Shown here in pieces: positions 38,874 through 51,832 of a stretch of 64,000 bases of DNA. Origin of the DNA: Octopus sinensis (lineage: Eukaryota); contig NC_043001.1 in the NCBI RefSeq assembly GCF_006345805.1, forward strand, positions 88,288,001 to 88,352,000. The letters run 5' to 3'. Every line of letters starts with the position of its first letter. The first letter of the stretch is position 1. The translations under genes and the position numbers were made by a program. Below the pieces are notes generated by a model. The model was given only the letters and a program-made list of their open reading frames with translations, ran no database searches and was not told the origin of the DNA.

Positions 38874-39169
38874 CTGCCTGTGTCTTTTGTTATGTTGCCA
38901 AATGGTTCAAAAATTTCAGTTTGCAAATATAAGGTCTAGGCTGCAATCCACTGCCTGACATTTTGGGCAAGCACCTTTATAACATAGCTTTGGGTTGATC
39001 AAAGACTTATGAGAGAAATCAGGTAGATTTTTGCTGGAAGATTACATCCAGTGTTACAAGTGTTATGTGAAATGCTCTGCCACTCACACTCCAATTCAAT
39101 GAGTAGACAGTTTAGTTAATCAGATAATTGGAATATTCATTGTTAACACCAATGGAGGATCCAGTTACT

Positions 39170-40190
39170 TTCAGGCGTGTGTGTGTGTATTATATGTCTA
39201 TGAGTGTGTGAATGTGTGTGTGTGCATATGTGTGTGTGTGCATGTGTGTGTATGTGTGTGTGTGTGTGTGCGTGCATGTATGTGTGTATGAATGTGTGTG
39301 TGTGTATGTGTGTGTTTTTGTGTGTGTGTGTGTGCGTGCTTGTGCATGCCTGTGTGTGTGAGTGCATGTTGTATATAGTACAGTACAATATGACACTGTA
39401 CAATGATGGCAACTGTTTAACATGAAGCTATTGAGAATATCCCAGAATTCCATTCTGTGAGAAGTCAATGAGAAATGGCAGACTGTTGTGTTGTGACAGA
39501 GGTGGGAGACAGACTGTGAGATAGGTAGGTAATTAGATGGATAGAGAAATATAAACATACAGACATGCATGCATACATACATACATACATACATACATAC
39601 ATACATACATACATACATACATACATACATACACATACATACATACATACATACATACATACATACATACATACATACATACATGAGTTGATGGATTGAT
39701 GGAATGGTGGATGGATGGATGGATGGATGGGTGGACAGACAGATGGATAGACAGACAGAAAGGCAGATGGATGGATGGACATACAGATAGATGGATGAAT
39801 GAACATACAGATGGATAGAGGGACACAGACAGATGGATGGATGAATGGAAGGATGGGTGGATGGACTGACAGACAGATGGATTGAGGGACAGGCAGGCAG
39901 ATGAAAGAAAAAATGGGCAAATAGACAGACATACAGATGGATAGACAGACAGATAGATAGATTGGTAGATGGTTGGGTACAGAGAAAGGGAGAGAGAAAG
40001 ACAGAAAGAGACAGAAATAGAGACAGAAAGAAACAAACAAACAAACAAAGAAGGAAAGAAAAAAGAAAGGAAGAGAGGGAGAAGCTATGGAGATAGTGGA
40101 GAATGTGGTTGAGATGAAATGAAGGTTGATAAGATAAATAGGCAGCCAGGTAGATAGGTAGATGGAGAGACAGTCATATTGGATAGGTGG

Positions 40191-40222
<32 letters not shown>

Positions 40223-40460
40223 GTATGTATGTATGTATGTATGTATAGGGAGATAGAGCTATATATATATAAATAGATATACAAGTATGCAGTGAGTGAA
40301 AGTCAGAATGAAAGAGAGAAAGAAAAGGACTAAAAGAGGAAAGAAAAAAAAGACTAAAAGAGGACAGAAAGAAAAAAGAGGAAGAAAGAAAATATGAGAG
40401 AGATGACATGAGTGAAAGAAAGAAGAGAGATAGGCAGAGAGAAAGAGAGTAATGGAGATA
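39170..40460. repeat. Large compound microsatellite block (TG, CATA, GATG/GACA, TATG, GA-rich)
   Basis: Seen directly. Explains ORFs 39190-40044 and 39465-40511. Confidence 0.95.
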
Positions 40461-40779
40461 GAGTAATACAGCGAAGCAAGCTGTGAGTGATGCACCAGTG
40501 CACAGCTGCACTATGTCACTTGTACAAGCTATTATATAAGCAAGAGACAGTAAGATCAGTCGTAAGTCATAGAAGATGTGGGGTAATGAAGAAGCTATGT
40601 GATGTGGCTAAGGTGCTGAATTCTCCCTTTAATATTGCTGTTTCTCTAAAAATACAGATGATAGGTAAAAATGTAGATGTGTAACAAAGGCTGTCATAAA
40701 TTTTGATGACTGGTTATATATATATATAAATTTACAATTGAGGATAAAACCTTTATAAAAAATTATCAGTAGTTAGCGT

Positions 40780-40839
40780 ATAGTTAAGCTCCAGGTTCGG
40801 TGATTATGCGAATAATCACTGAACCCAGAGCTTAACTAT
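40780..40839. other. Isolated 60-nt hairpin (28-bp stem, GCGA loop)
   Basis: ATAGTTAAGCTCCAGGTTCGGTGATTAT-GCGA-ATAATCACTGAACCCAGAGCTTAACTAT; 26/28 positions pair, including one G-U. Confidence 0.8.
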
Positions 40840-41246
40840 GGTCTGTCCATAGCACTTACTCAACATTACCTGACACCTTTGGATCTTATTGACACTATTA
40901 CCTCTCATAACCTATATATATATATATATATATATATATCATCCTCATCATCATCATCGTTTAACATCCACTTTCCATGCTAGCATAGGTTGGGCAATTT
41001 TGACTGAGGGCCGGCAAACCAGATGGCTGCACCAGGCTCCAATGTTGATCTGGCAGAGTTTCTACAGCTGGATGCTGTTCCTAATGCCAACCACTCCGAG
41101 AGTGTAATGGGTGCTTTTTACATGCCACCGGCATGGGGGCCAGTCAGGCGGTACTGGCAACGACCTCGCTCGAATCTTTTTACACGTGCCAGTGAAGTGA
41201 CGTTGGTAACAATCACACTCGAATGGTGTCCATATATATATATATA

Positions 41247-41643
41247 CTAGCAGAATCGCCCGGCATTGCTCAGGTTTGTAAGGGAAATAACTATATAAGC
41301 ATTTTTAGAGAGTTATAGCCAAAAAATAGCAAAAAAATGCATTAAAAATGGAAAAAAAATGATGGTAAATTTTTTTTTAAATCGTTGACTCATCGTAGAG
41401 ATTTTTAGAGAGTTACTTCCCTTATATAATAGCGAAAAAATGCATTAAAATGGAAAAAAATGATGGTAAATTTTTTTTAAATCGTAGACTCATCGTAGAC
41501 GTGCGCTAATACCCAGAAGGGCTTGATATGAATCACGACTATAAGATACCCGCTTTTGGTTACACTGCACCGCAAAATGTGGGAGTAGTTTGGAATCTAA
41601 ATCGTAGGAGACAGACACACAACCTCTCTTTTATATATAAAGA
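41247..41643 (-). mobile_element. Non-autonomous Helitron (downstream member of a tandem pair)
   Basis: Minus strand starts TCTTTATATATAAAA and ends GAGCAATGCCGGGCGATTCTGCTAG|T. Confidence 0.85.
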
Positions 41644-42144
41644 CTAGCAGTATCGCCCGGCGTTGGTCGGGTTTGTAAGGGAAATAACTATATAAGCATT
41701 TTTAGAGAGTTACTTCCTTTATAGATGCCAATTCGGGCTTTCTTAGCCATTTCTGTTTTGGTGTCTTCAAGCCATGAAGTCGTTGTTCTAAAAGAACGCT
41801 GGTCTCCTTGACAACGCATTACGACGTTGATTTCCTTAAACTCCCTTCCCCACAGCTTCACGAGGGAGGGAAGAAGGGGGAGAAGCAAACACAGGTGCAG
41901 GTGTTTGAGCGTGGACGCCAACTCCGCTGCCATCGACACACGAAAAATTATGCATTAAAATGGAATAAAAAACGATGTTAAATTATTTTTAAAATCTTAG
42001 ACTCATCGTAGACGTGCGCTAATAGCCAGACGGGCTCGATATGAATCACGACTATAAGATACTCGAATTTGGTTAAACTGCACCGCAAAATGTGGGAGGA
42101 GTTAGGAATCTAAATCGTAGGAGACAGACACTCACACAACTACA

Positions 42145-42160
<16 letters not shown>
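41644..42160 (-). mobile_element. Non-autonomous Helitron (upstream member) with an extra ~215-bp internal segment
   Basis: Ends CCCGACCAACGCCGGGCGATACTGCTAG directly abutting the TC of the neighbour. Its 5' end merges into (TA)n. Confidence 0.85.
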
Positions 42161-42222
<62 letters not shown>

Positions 42223-42708
42223 CATATATATACATATATATATGTATGTGTGTGTATATATATGGTCACAGGTAAGGCAGTGTGGTTAAGAAGGTTGTTT
42301 CCCAACAATATAGTTTTGGGTTCCATCCCTCTGCATGGCACCTTGGTCAAGTGTCTTCTACTATAAGTGATTAAGGTCCAATCACTTCTTTTGATGCCAC
42401 CTTATATCAGACTGTACACTCAAAGGGATACAATTCCCTTTGGTGGATTGCCCTAAGATTTTCTGCTCCCAAATTCCTCATGCTATAATGGTAATGATAT
42501 GCACATTGAGTTAGAATTTTGACCCTAGGCTTTGATAGTAAAATTTCCCAATTTGTGTTCACAGTTCAGTCATGAACTTTTCCATGGTTAACATCCAAGG
42601 TCTTTATAGAATCTGCAAAGAAATAAAAGAAATTAATTAAAAAAAAGTTATTAAATATTGCAAACACTTTGTGACTTTTGGCCCACTTTGTATATGCATG
42701 TATGTATG

Positions 42709-42742
<34 letters not shown>

Positions 42743-43377
42743 TGTATGAATGTATGTATGTATGTATGTATGTATGTATGTATGTATGTATGTATGTATG
42801 TATGTATGTATGTGTGTGTGTGCATGTGTATGCATGTATGAATTTAGTGTAATAATGAAGTCAAGCTGAATAGCAATATTTTGAAATCATTTTATACATA
42901 TATTTCCTCGAAAGTTTACATAATGGATGCGTTTCCTATTGTATATTCTTTTCTACTCTAGGCACAAGGCCAAAACTTTTTGGGAGGGGACCAGTCAATT
43001 AGATCGACCCCAGTACACAACTGGTACTTAATTTATTGACCCTGAAAGGATGAAAGGCCAAGTTGATCTCAGCAGAATTTGAACTCGGAATGTGAAGATA
43101 GACGAAATACCACTAAGCATTTCGCTCAGCATGGTTTTCTATTGTATATTACACAAACCTGAAATGTATATTATTAAATGATTTTAAAATATTGCTATTT
43201 GGTTTGACTTCATTATCTCAACTGATACAACTTGGTGTAAGAACAAACTAGCTGGTCTTGATTCCACTTATGCAGACACTCTTTAAATGATTTTGAGAAG
43301 TTTGTTATAATTGATTCAATTTGAAAATTCTGATACTATGCATCACTTGTTAGCATAACACAAAATATATATGTATG

Positions 43378-43411
<34 letters not shown>

Positions 43412-45179
43412 TGTATGTATGTATGTATGTATGTATGTATGTATGTATGTATGTATGTATGTATGTATGTATGTATGTATGTATGTATGTATATATATAC
43501 AGATATAGATATAGATATATGTGGAGGCTTGTGGCTTAGTAGCTAGGGTGTTGGACGTAAAATTGTGGCTCTGATTCCTGGACCGGGTGATGTGTTGTGT
43601 TCTTGAGCAAAACATTTCATTTCACATTGCTCCCGTCCACTCAGCTGGCAAAAAAGAGCAACCCTGTGATGGACCAGTGTTCCGTTCAGGTGAATAATAT
43701 ATATGCCACTGAAACCAGGTAACTGGCCCTTATTAGCCTGGCATGGCTTGAGAAGAAAATATTTTATATAGACACACACACACACACACATTCTTTATTC
43801 TTTTACTTGTTTCAGTCATCTGACTGCAGCCATACTGGAACACCTTAAAGGGTTTTAGTCGAAGAAATCGACCCCAGGACCTATTCTTTGTAAGTCTACT
43901 ACTTACTTATTCTCTCGGCCTCTTTTGCCAATCTACTAAGTTATGGGGGCATAAATACACCAGCATTGGTTGTTAAGTGATAGTGGGTAGGTGGATGGGT
44001 GGGGGGACAAAGACAGACAGACACACACACACATACACATATATACAGGCTTCTTTCAGTTTCTGTCTAGGAAATACATTCTCAAGGCTTTGTTCAGCTT
44101 AAGTCTATAGTAGAAGACACTTGCCCAAGGTGCCACACTGTAGGATGACTGAACCTGAGACCAAGTGGTTGAAAAGCAAGCTTCTTAACCATATAGCCAG
44201 CTGCACCTACATAAGTTAACATCACCATTTTATTCGGGACTAATGAGAGATCCATAAGAAATGAGGCATAAAATAATTTATCTACAATTATGGATTTTGA
44301 AGCCTAAGGTACTCCTAACTCTGCAGGTAGACTATATTAATAGTAACATTCAGCTCTATTGACTATATAGTGCAGTCGTCTTTCATTTCTGACTTCCTAC
44401 AGAAACTTTCAATATTACTTATATGTATATGTATGTATGCATGTATGTATGTATGTATGTATGTATGTATGTATGTGTATGTATGTGTATGTATGTATGT
44501 ATGTATATACATACACATGTGTTTGTGTGAGTGTGTGCATGTACACATACACATACACACTCACACACAAAACAAACGCAAAACAAACACACACACACAC
44601 ACACACACACATTTCTTTGTGTTCATAGTACAAGTCCAGGTAATGATATCTATTGTCATTTATCTATCTGTAGTCAATAAAGTAGCAAATTGACAGAACG
44701 ATTAGAGTTTCAGACAAACTGCTCTTTGCATTCTATGTTCAAATCCTGCCAAGGTCTACTTAGCTTTTCATTCTCCTAAAACCAATAAAATATAATATCA
44801 GTGAGGAGCAATAAACTGGCAGAGTTATTACAGTGCTGGGCAAATTATTTGTAGTGGCTCTTTATATTCATTTACATTTTACTTGTTTCAGTCATTAGAC
44901 CGTGGCCATGCTGAGGCATCATTTTAAGGTGTTTATTCAATTAAAATGATTCCAATAATTATTTGTTATTTTGTTTTAAAGTCTAGTACTTATTCTAGCA
45001 GACTTTTTGCTGAACCACTAAGTTATGGGGATGTAAACAGACCAACACTAGTTGTCAAGTAGTAGTGAGGAACATAAACACAAAGACACACACATATACT
45101 TATATAGATATGTGCTCTTTATCACTGACTTGCAGTAACACCTATACTGGCACAAGTAGTATTATCATATTTTCAATAG

Positions 45180-45480
45180 CTATTCTTATGTGATTGGCTT
45201 TTGGTAAAGGAGTGGGTTTGATATTGTTGCCTTCTTTTGAGCTTCTTGCTGTAATGTAGGCTCATCTGGAACCTTGGGCAGCTGGAGGTCAAATTGTTTT
45301 TTGAAAGCATCCAGCCTTGCTCCATGCAGATCTCTCAGATGTTTTGGCAAGGTATTAACTAGTTATGGGCTTTTGAATCTCAAACTATTGCAGTTCTCAG
45401 ACCAGATGAGATAGCTGGGACCTTTGGAACCGTGTAGTGATGTCCAGTTCAAGAGCTGATATAGCTCTTAATGCCAAAGG
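45180..45480 (-). mobile_element. LINE ORF2 C-terminal fragment (CR1/L2-like)
   Basis: Minus frame CNSLRFKSP*LVNTLPKHLRDLHG..LDAFKKQFDLQLPKVPDEPT...SNPL. Confidence 0.55.
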
Positions 45481-45726
45481 TTGGTGTCAACCCCTCCAGG
45501 ATTTTCCACACATGTATCACTGTGTGTGTGTGTGTGTGCATATATATGTATGTATCATCATCATCATCATCATGTATGTATGTATGTATGTATGTATGTA
45601 TGTATGTATGTATGTATGCATGTATGTATGTACGTATGTATGTAAGTATATTGCATATACATATGTATATATATATATGTGTGTGTGTACATACATATAT
45701 ATATATATATTATAAAAGTGTGTGGG

Positions 45727-45776
<50 letters not shown>

Positions 45777-46049
45777 CAGACATACATGTATGGCTCTTTC
45801 ATTGGCTTGTGAAGTTCCATGTTCATCAATAAGATGATGCAAGTGGTGGTGGTGGTTGTTTAACCACAAGTCAGCCCTGGCTGGGTAGATTTTTGAACAA
45901 AGACATTCAAGCCATGACCATCATGTCTTATTTCCAGGAATAGTATATCCAGACGCTATTATCCAGTGTGTCCATTTTTATTGGTAGAAATGTTGTCTGA
46001 AGAAGATTTAGTTATTTCTCAAAGCATGAGCAGCCATATAAAGGATTAT

Positions 46050-46930
46050 TTTCTGGCATATTGTAGTGATGCTGATGATGGTGAGCATGTCAGTATAGTT
46101 GTGGTGGTAGTGGTCATGATGTTAGTGTTGTTGTATTGGAGGTAGCTGTGTTGATGTTTGTGTTAGTAATATGGCAGAGGTGGTAGCAGTGGTGATGGTG
46201 GTGCTGGTGTTGTTGTTGTTGCTGTTGGTGGTGGTGGTGGTGGTGGTGGTGGTGGTGGTGGTGGTGGTGTGGTGAGTGATGTTAGTGTTGTTGTGTTTGC
46301 AGTTGCAGTGGTGATGTTTATGGTGGTGGCAGTGGTGATGGTGGTGATGATGGTGGTGGTAGGGATTGATGGTTGCAATGTTGTGTTGACAGTAGTGGTG
46401 GTGATGTTTGTGTCAGTGATGTATAGGTGGTTAGTAGTGGTGGTGATGATGATGGCGGCGATGATGTTATTATGGTTGTGGTGGTGATGTTGGTGTTGTG
46501 CTAATTGTAGTAGCAGTGATGTCAGTCTTAGTGACTTATGTTTGATGCATTGGTGATGGTGGTGGTTGACGACAACTTTGTGGTGGTGATGGTGCTGGTG
46601 GTGGCAGTGGTGGTAATGTTAGTATTACTGTGTTGGCAGTAGTAGTGTTGATGTTTGTGTTAGTAAGTATCAGTGGTTGGTGATAGTGGATGATATACGG
46701 TAGTATTGGTGTGGTGATAGTAGTGGTACAAAGCGGTGTAGTATTGATATGTTGCTTGTAGTGATGGTTATGGTGGTGGTGGTGGTGGTGGTGGTGGTGG
46801 TGGTGGTGGTGATGGTGGTGGTGGTGGTGATGCACTAGTTGTAGTTGTGGTTGTGGTGCAGTACTGGTAAGGGTGGTGAGGGGCGATGGCGTTGTTGGTT
46901 GGTGGCAGCATTGGGCCACACCCATGACAC
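46050..46930. repeat. Degenerate (TGG)n tract (a similar tract lies at 47390-47640)
   Basis: Seen directly. Confidence 0.9.
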
Positions 46931-47680
46931 TTGTGTCATCACTGTACAAAAAAAAAAAAAACTACAATCAATAGAGATCAATAATGATCAATATAGAATA
47001 ATCTGCAATAAAATGTAGGTAAAACAATAAAGTGTCTAAAATACAAGTAAAATAAATAAATAAATATAATTTATAGCTTTCCTTTTTATGATGATTAATC
47101 AAATTTACGAAATATTGAACTTATACATATTTGGGTACAGTTGTAAATGGCAATGCAATGGGGTAGGTGTTGTTGAGCCTTAGATTAGCTCAGATTGAGT
47201 AGATTTATTATAAAAATGCAACCCATCTGTGACCACCTCATCATTTTCCTATGCACAGAGAATCCAAGACCACATTGTCGAAAATGTGTCATTTCCTAAG
47301 ATGATAGTGAGTGGTTTGAGGGATAGCTGGTTGCTATTTCTAGCTGTTTTATTGACCTTGTAGGGGCTTTTTCATTACCTAGTCGTAGTAGTGGGGGTGG
47401 TGGTGGTAGCAATCATGGTGGTGTGTGGTAGTGGAGGTGGCGTCAGCAGTAGCAGTGGTGGCGATGGTGGTGGTGATGGCAGTGGTGGTGATGGTGGTGG
47501 TGGTAGTGGTGGTAGTGGTGGCAGTGGTGGCGATGGTGATGGTGGTGGTGGTGGTGGTGGTGGTGGTGGTGGTAGATGTAATAGTGGTGGTGGTGCCTGT
47601 GTGGTAGTAGTGATGTATGTCAGGAATAATGTTGTTGTGTTACCTCATGCCAGCCTTCATCCAGCTGACCTATTATAGTA

Positions 47681-47868
47681 CAGAGCTCCGCAAACAGTAT
47701 GCTGCAGCCCACTAGTGTGCCACAAGACAATGCTAGGTGTGCTGCTGTGTAACCTGAATATAACTTTTGTTTTCCTACACTTTTAGTTATATTTTTAGTT
47801 CAGGTGTGCCACCAAATTCTGGAAAGAATATAAGTGTACTGCAAGTGAAAAAAGGTTGTGGAGCACTG
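47681..47868. mobile_element. hAT (Buster-type) MITE, 188 bp
   Basis: TIRs CAGAGCTCCGCAAAC / GGTTGTGGAGCACTG; 8-bp flanks TTATAGTA and CTGTAGTA (6/8, central TA). Confidence 0.75.
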
Positions 47869-47989
47869 CTGTAGTATACAGAAAGTCAGTCAAATAATGA
47901 GGAGAATCACAAGTCCATTGCTCTAAACATATCATGTCTCTAGCTAGTTGGGATATCATAAAACACACCACTAAAATTCTAAATACTCT

Positions 47990-48198
47990 TTACTCTTTAC
48001 TTGTTTCAGTCATGTGACTGTGGCCATGTTGGAGCACTGCCTTTAGTCGAGCAAATCGACCCAGGACTTATTCTTTGTAAGCCTAGTACTTATTCTATCA
48101 GTCTCTTTTGCCAAACCGCTAAGTTATTGCGATGTAAATACACCAGCATCAGTTGTCAAGTGATGTTGGGGGGACAAACACTGACACAAAACATACGT

Positions 48199-48229
<31 letters not shown>

Positions 48230-48410
48230 CATACATATATAAATACATATATATGACGGGCTTCTTTCAGTTTCTGTCTATCAAATCCACTCACAAGGCT
48301 TTGGTTGGCCCGAGGCTATAGTAGAAGACACTTGCCCAAGGTGCCACGCAGTAGGACTGAACCCAGAACCATGTAGTTTGTAAGCAAGCTACTTACCACA
48401 CAGCCAGAGA
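47990..48410 (-). mobile_element. Composite SINE: family C tRNA-like head plus microsatellite plus a second module
   Basis: Head ...GGCTGTGTGGTAAGTAG...GGTTCAGTCC...CACCTTGGGCAAGTGTCTTC (CORE-like), then ...GAATAAGTACTAGG...GACTGAAACAAGTAAAAGAG. Similar at 43795-44210 and 52300-52570. Head-only copies lie at 25410-25560, 35180-35340, 36990-37145, 49840-50000, 54525-54690 and 55420-55575. Confidence 0.75.
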
Positions 48411-48472
48411 GAAATAAGCAGAAATAAAAGTATAATGCACGTAAGGTCCAAGTTTTGTCTATCTAATAAAAA

Positions 48473-48706
48473 AGAAATGACAAAGGAATAAATGATTATC
48501 TTAGAACTTCATTAGCTTACATCTGTTTCTGCTATAAGATGCAGTGGACTCATAATAGGGAGCATGAATAACACTATAGCTTGAGCATCCAATAAAGCTA
48601 TATAGTGTTACTCATGCACTCAGCTATGAGTCTACTGCATCTTATAACAGAAATAGCTGTAAGCTAATGAAGTTCTAAGACAATCATTTATTCCTTTGTC
48701 ATCTCT
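48473..48706. mobile_element. Fold-back/MITE-like element (~110-bp arms), no hammerhead core seen
   Basis: ATGACAAAGGAATAAATGATT...CTATAGCTT / AAGCTATA...AATCATTTATTCCTTTGTCAT. Confidence 0.85.
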
Positions 48707-48710
48707 CTTA

Positions 48711-49070
48711 TCTATATATATAAAGCAGGTTTGGTAGCCTTCAACTAACACTATCTCCTCCAAGACCCTGCAGCGCAAGTTGACCAAAATTGAGAGTATG
48801 ATAGAAGAAGACTTGCTCTTTATTCTGTAGAAGATAAAATTCAAGTCGGACCATGTTAAGACCAAAAATTATTTACATCAAAAAGGTGTAAAAAATCACT
48901 ATATTTCACGATTTTCTGACTGCTGTGTTGCCATTTTTCGGTGTATTTCAACCAGAAAAATGTTCACTTAAAAAGAATAATAAGCTACATAATGCAAAAT
49001 TTTTACTTTTCAAAAATTCCAATTCTAAAGAGTCGAAATAAACCCAAGCAATGCTGGGCGATACTGCTAG
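48711..49070 (+). mobile_element. Non-autonomous Helitron, same family as 26319-26707
   Basis: A|TCTATATATATAAAG start; CCCAAGCAATGCTGGGCGATACTGCTAG|T end. Confidence 0.87.
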
Positions 49071-51332
49071 TATCTAATAAAATACAGGTACTATAAATGT
49101 AATAAAATAAAACACTCTACTGTATTTTGAAAGGCTATGATCCATTTTAAATTCAGTACAGACCTTCTTTTAATTAACTTAATTAGCATGATTTCTCTTG
49201 ACTCTAATTAACAACTGGTTGCTTGGGAGTTTTGGTTATTTGAGTTTGGGATGAGTGGGAGTTTACTGCATCTGGAAGTGATTGTACCTATAATGGCAGG
49301 GTCAGTGAGGGCTGGAACTTGTTGCAACATCGACATCTAGCATTTCATTTTGGTACATTTTGTCTTATTATGTAGGTGACTGGTAAATGTCATCTGTATG
49401 CAAACTGTAATGACAACAATTTCACTGTTATATGTTCTTTGTAGTTCATTGTGCTGATAAATAATCCAATTAATGTAATGTTAGTACTGTGGTATTGTGG
49501 TTAATTTCTGTTGGGCAAATTAGGTACCTTTGAAACGTTGCTGGTGATGGTATCAATGTGTGCTGTTGTTATTGTTGATTGATTAATCAGAGCAAAGACC
49601 GAATGTCTTCCGACCATGACCAGCCTATCTTTCTTCTCGGACACTTTATATCAAGAAATACATTACTATAGTTTCTGGCAAGTTGAATTTTTCAGACCAA
49701 AATTTACAGCTAAAAAAGGTAGGTTGACTTATACACCAGATGGCTTTGGAAGACCAAATATTCTGTGCAAAATGCAACAGGATTTGGAAAGATAGTAACC
49801 CTCTCTCTCTTTGGGAGAGGCACAAGCACCTACACGCACATATGCACACACGGCAGTAACTTCCACCTACCGAATTCAATCACAAAGCTCCGGTCGGCTC
49901 GGGGCTATAGTGGAAGACACCTACTCAAAGTGCCACGCAGTGGGACTGAACCCGAAACCATATAGCTAGGAAGCAAGCTCCCTAACCACACAGCCATGCC
50001 CGAATATTTGAAAACCTACACTACCTGTTTACAATATATACTACATTTACCTGTATCTTTCTTATAATATGACACTTGGGGATGATCGCGGGGAGATTCA
50101 GTTTCTGTTTCCAGTAATTCAGTGACCATGTAAAATTCCCTTGAATAACTTGAAAAACTAGAAACTGTGTCTGACTGCTTAGAAAGCAGCCATACTGGCT
50201 GCTACACCACAAACACTGACTGTTGGTGGTGGTCGACTTTGCCTTTCATCCTTTCGGGGTCGATAAATTAAGTACCAGTTGCGTACTGGGGTCGATATAA
50301 TCGACTTAATCCATTTGTCTGTCCTTGTTTGTCCTCTTTGTATTTAGCCCCTTGTGGGTAGTAAAGAAATAGGTATTGATGTTGCTATTACTTATTCTTG
50401 AATAAAATTTTACCAAGTAGATACAGGATGAAAGATATTTCAGCTGTGAAGTAAAATTTATCACTGACTACCTTTTTTTAAAATATAACAGGCACTGGTA
50501 TGGCCAGGTGGTAAGAAGCTTGGTCCCCAAACGCTTGGCCTTGAGTTTGGTCCTACTGCCTTGTACACCATTTGTGTAAAAATATAACATGCTTCAAATG
50601 ATATCAGCAAACAACCAAACACTGGTATTTCAGATTGATTTCACTTCTTCAAAGTTAGACATAACAGTAGTCCTTTGCTCTTTTCTAGAAATCAACAAAA
50701 CAACCAAACCATTTGCTGCTATGTGCTAAGACTTACCAATGCGCCTAGCCTTGATCCTCTCTCCCTGTTCTCTCTTTATCTACCTTCTTCCTTGAGGCTA
50801 TCCCCTCACATCTCATCTCTACCATATATTCTCCTTTTCTTGCAGGGGTAACCATGTATCTCCTCTACAGCAAGTCACCTGTTTCTGTCCCTTTATCATA
50901 CTTTAGCCTTTCGACACCTGGAATAAAGCCACTTCCCTCAATACTCAACCCCCTACTCAGTCAAGTGGTCTTTTCTTATAAGTTATTTGGGGATTTCCTT
51001 AATACTCATATAATGTAAAAAGGACCCATTACACTCTGTAAAGCAGCTGACATTAGAAAGAGCATTCAGCCACAGAAACCATGCCAAAGTAGACATTAAA
51101 GCTTAGCACAGTCCTCCAGCTCATTGGATCCAATCAAACCATCTAACTCATGGATATGGATGCTAAGCAATAATGGTGGTGGTGGTGGTGGTGATGGCAG
51201 TGGTAATATATGCACATACATACATACATACGAACACGTGTGTGTGTGTGCACGCACATGTGTGCATATATTGTATACACCCCTATATATTACATATACC
51301 CCTCTTGCATAGACATCTCCCAACCATTTCAA

Positions 51333-51832
51333 CCCTTCAACTTCAGTTTTTCTCATGATGAAGAAAAGGACAAAAATATTATATTCTAACACTTAACATG
51401 GTATACAAACTTTTCACTCTTCTGGAATTTATATCGACTAATTTTTACTGATGCAGATAATCCTCTATCCCCATGAAATCCTAAAGGCCATTTGGAAATT
51501 ATTATCATAACAAGTAATAATAGGGTTTATAAAATGCTTAAATCATTTATAAAAATTTTGTACTAAATGAAATACTGATATTTGTATTTCGTAGTCCTTT
51601 TACTATGGAAATCAGATAGAACACTCAAAGTTTCATTTTGCTTAAATTCAGAAAGCCTGTTAATATACCAATTTATATTTTGTTGAAGAATATCATGTTT
51701 GAACTATTTTTTGTTGATATATGTCAAGTTTTATTGAGGTAACATAACTGGCAGAAAATACCAATTTTATTTTTGGTAGATATTTAACATCATTTCTGAA
51801 ATAACCATGAAATTAATTTTGCAGTTAAAGGG
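51333..51832. mobile_element. Possible old piggyBac-type MITE
   Basis: TCAA|CCCTTCAACTTCA ... TGCAGTTAAAGGG|TTAA; imperfect match. Confidence 0.45.
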
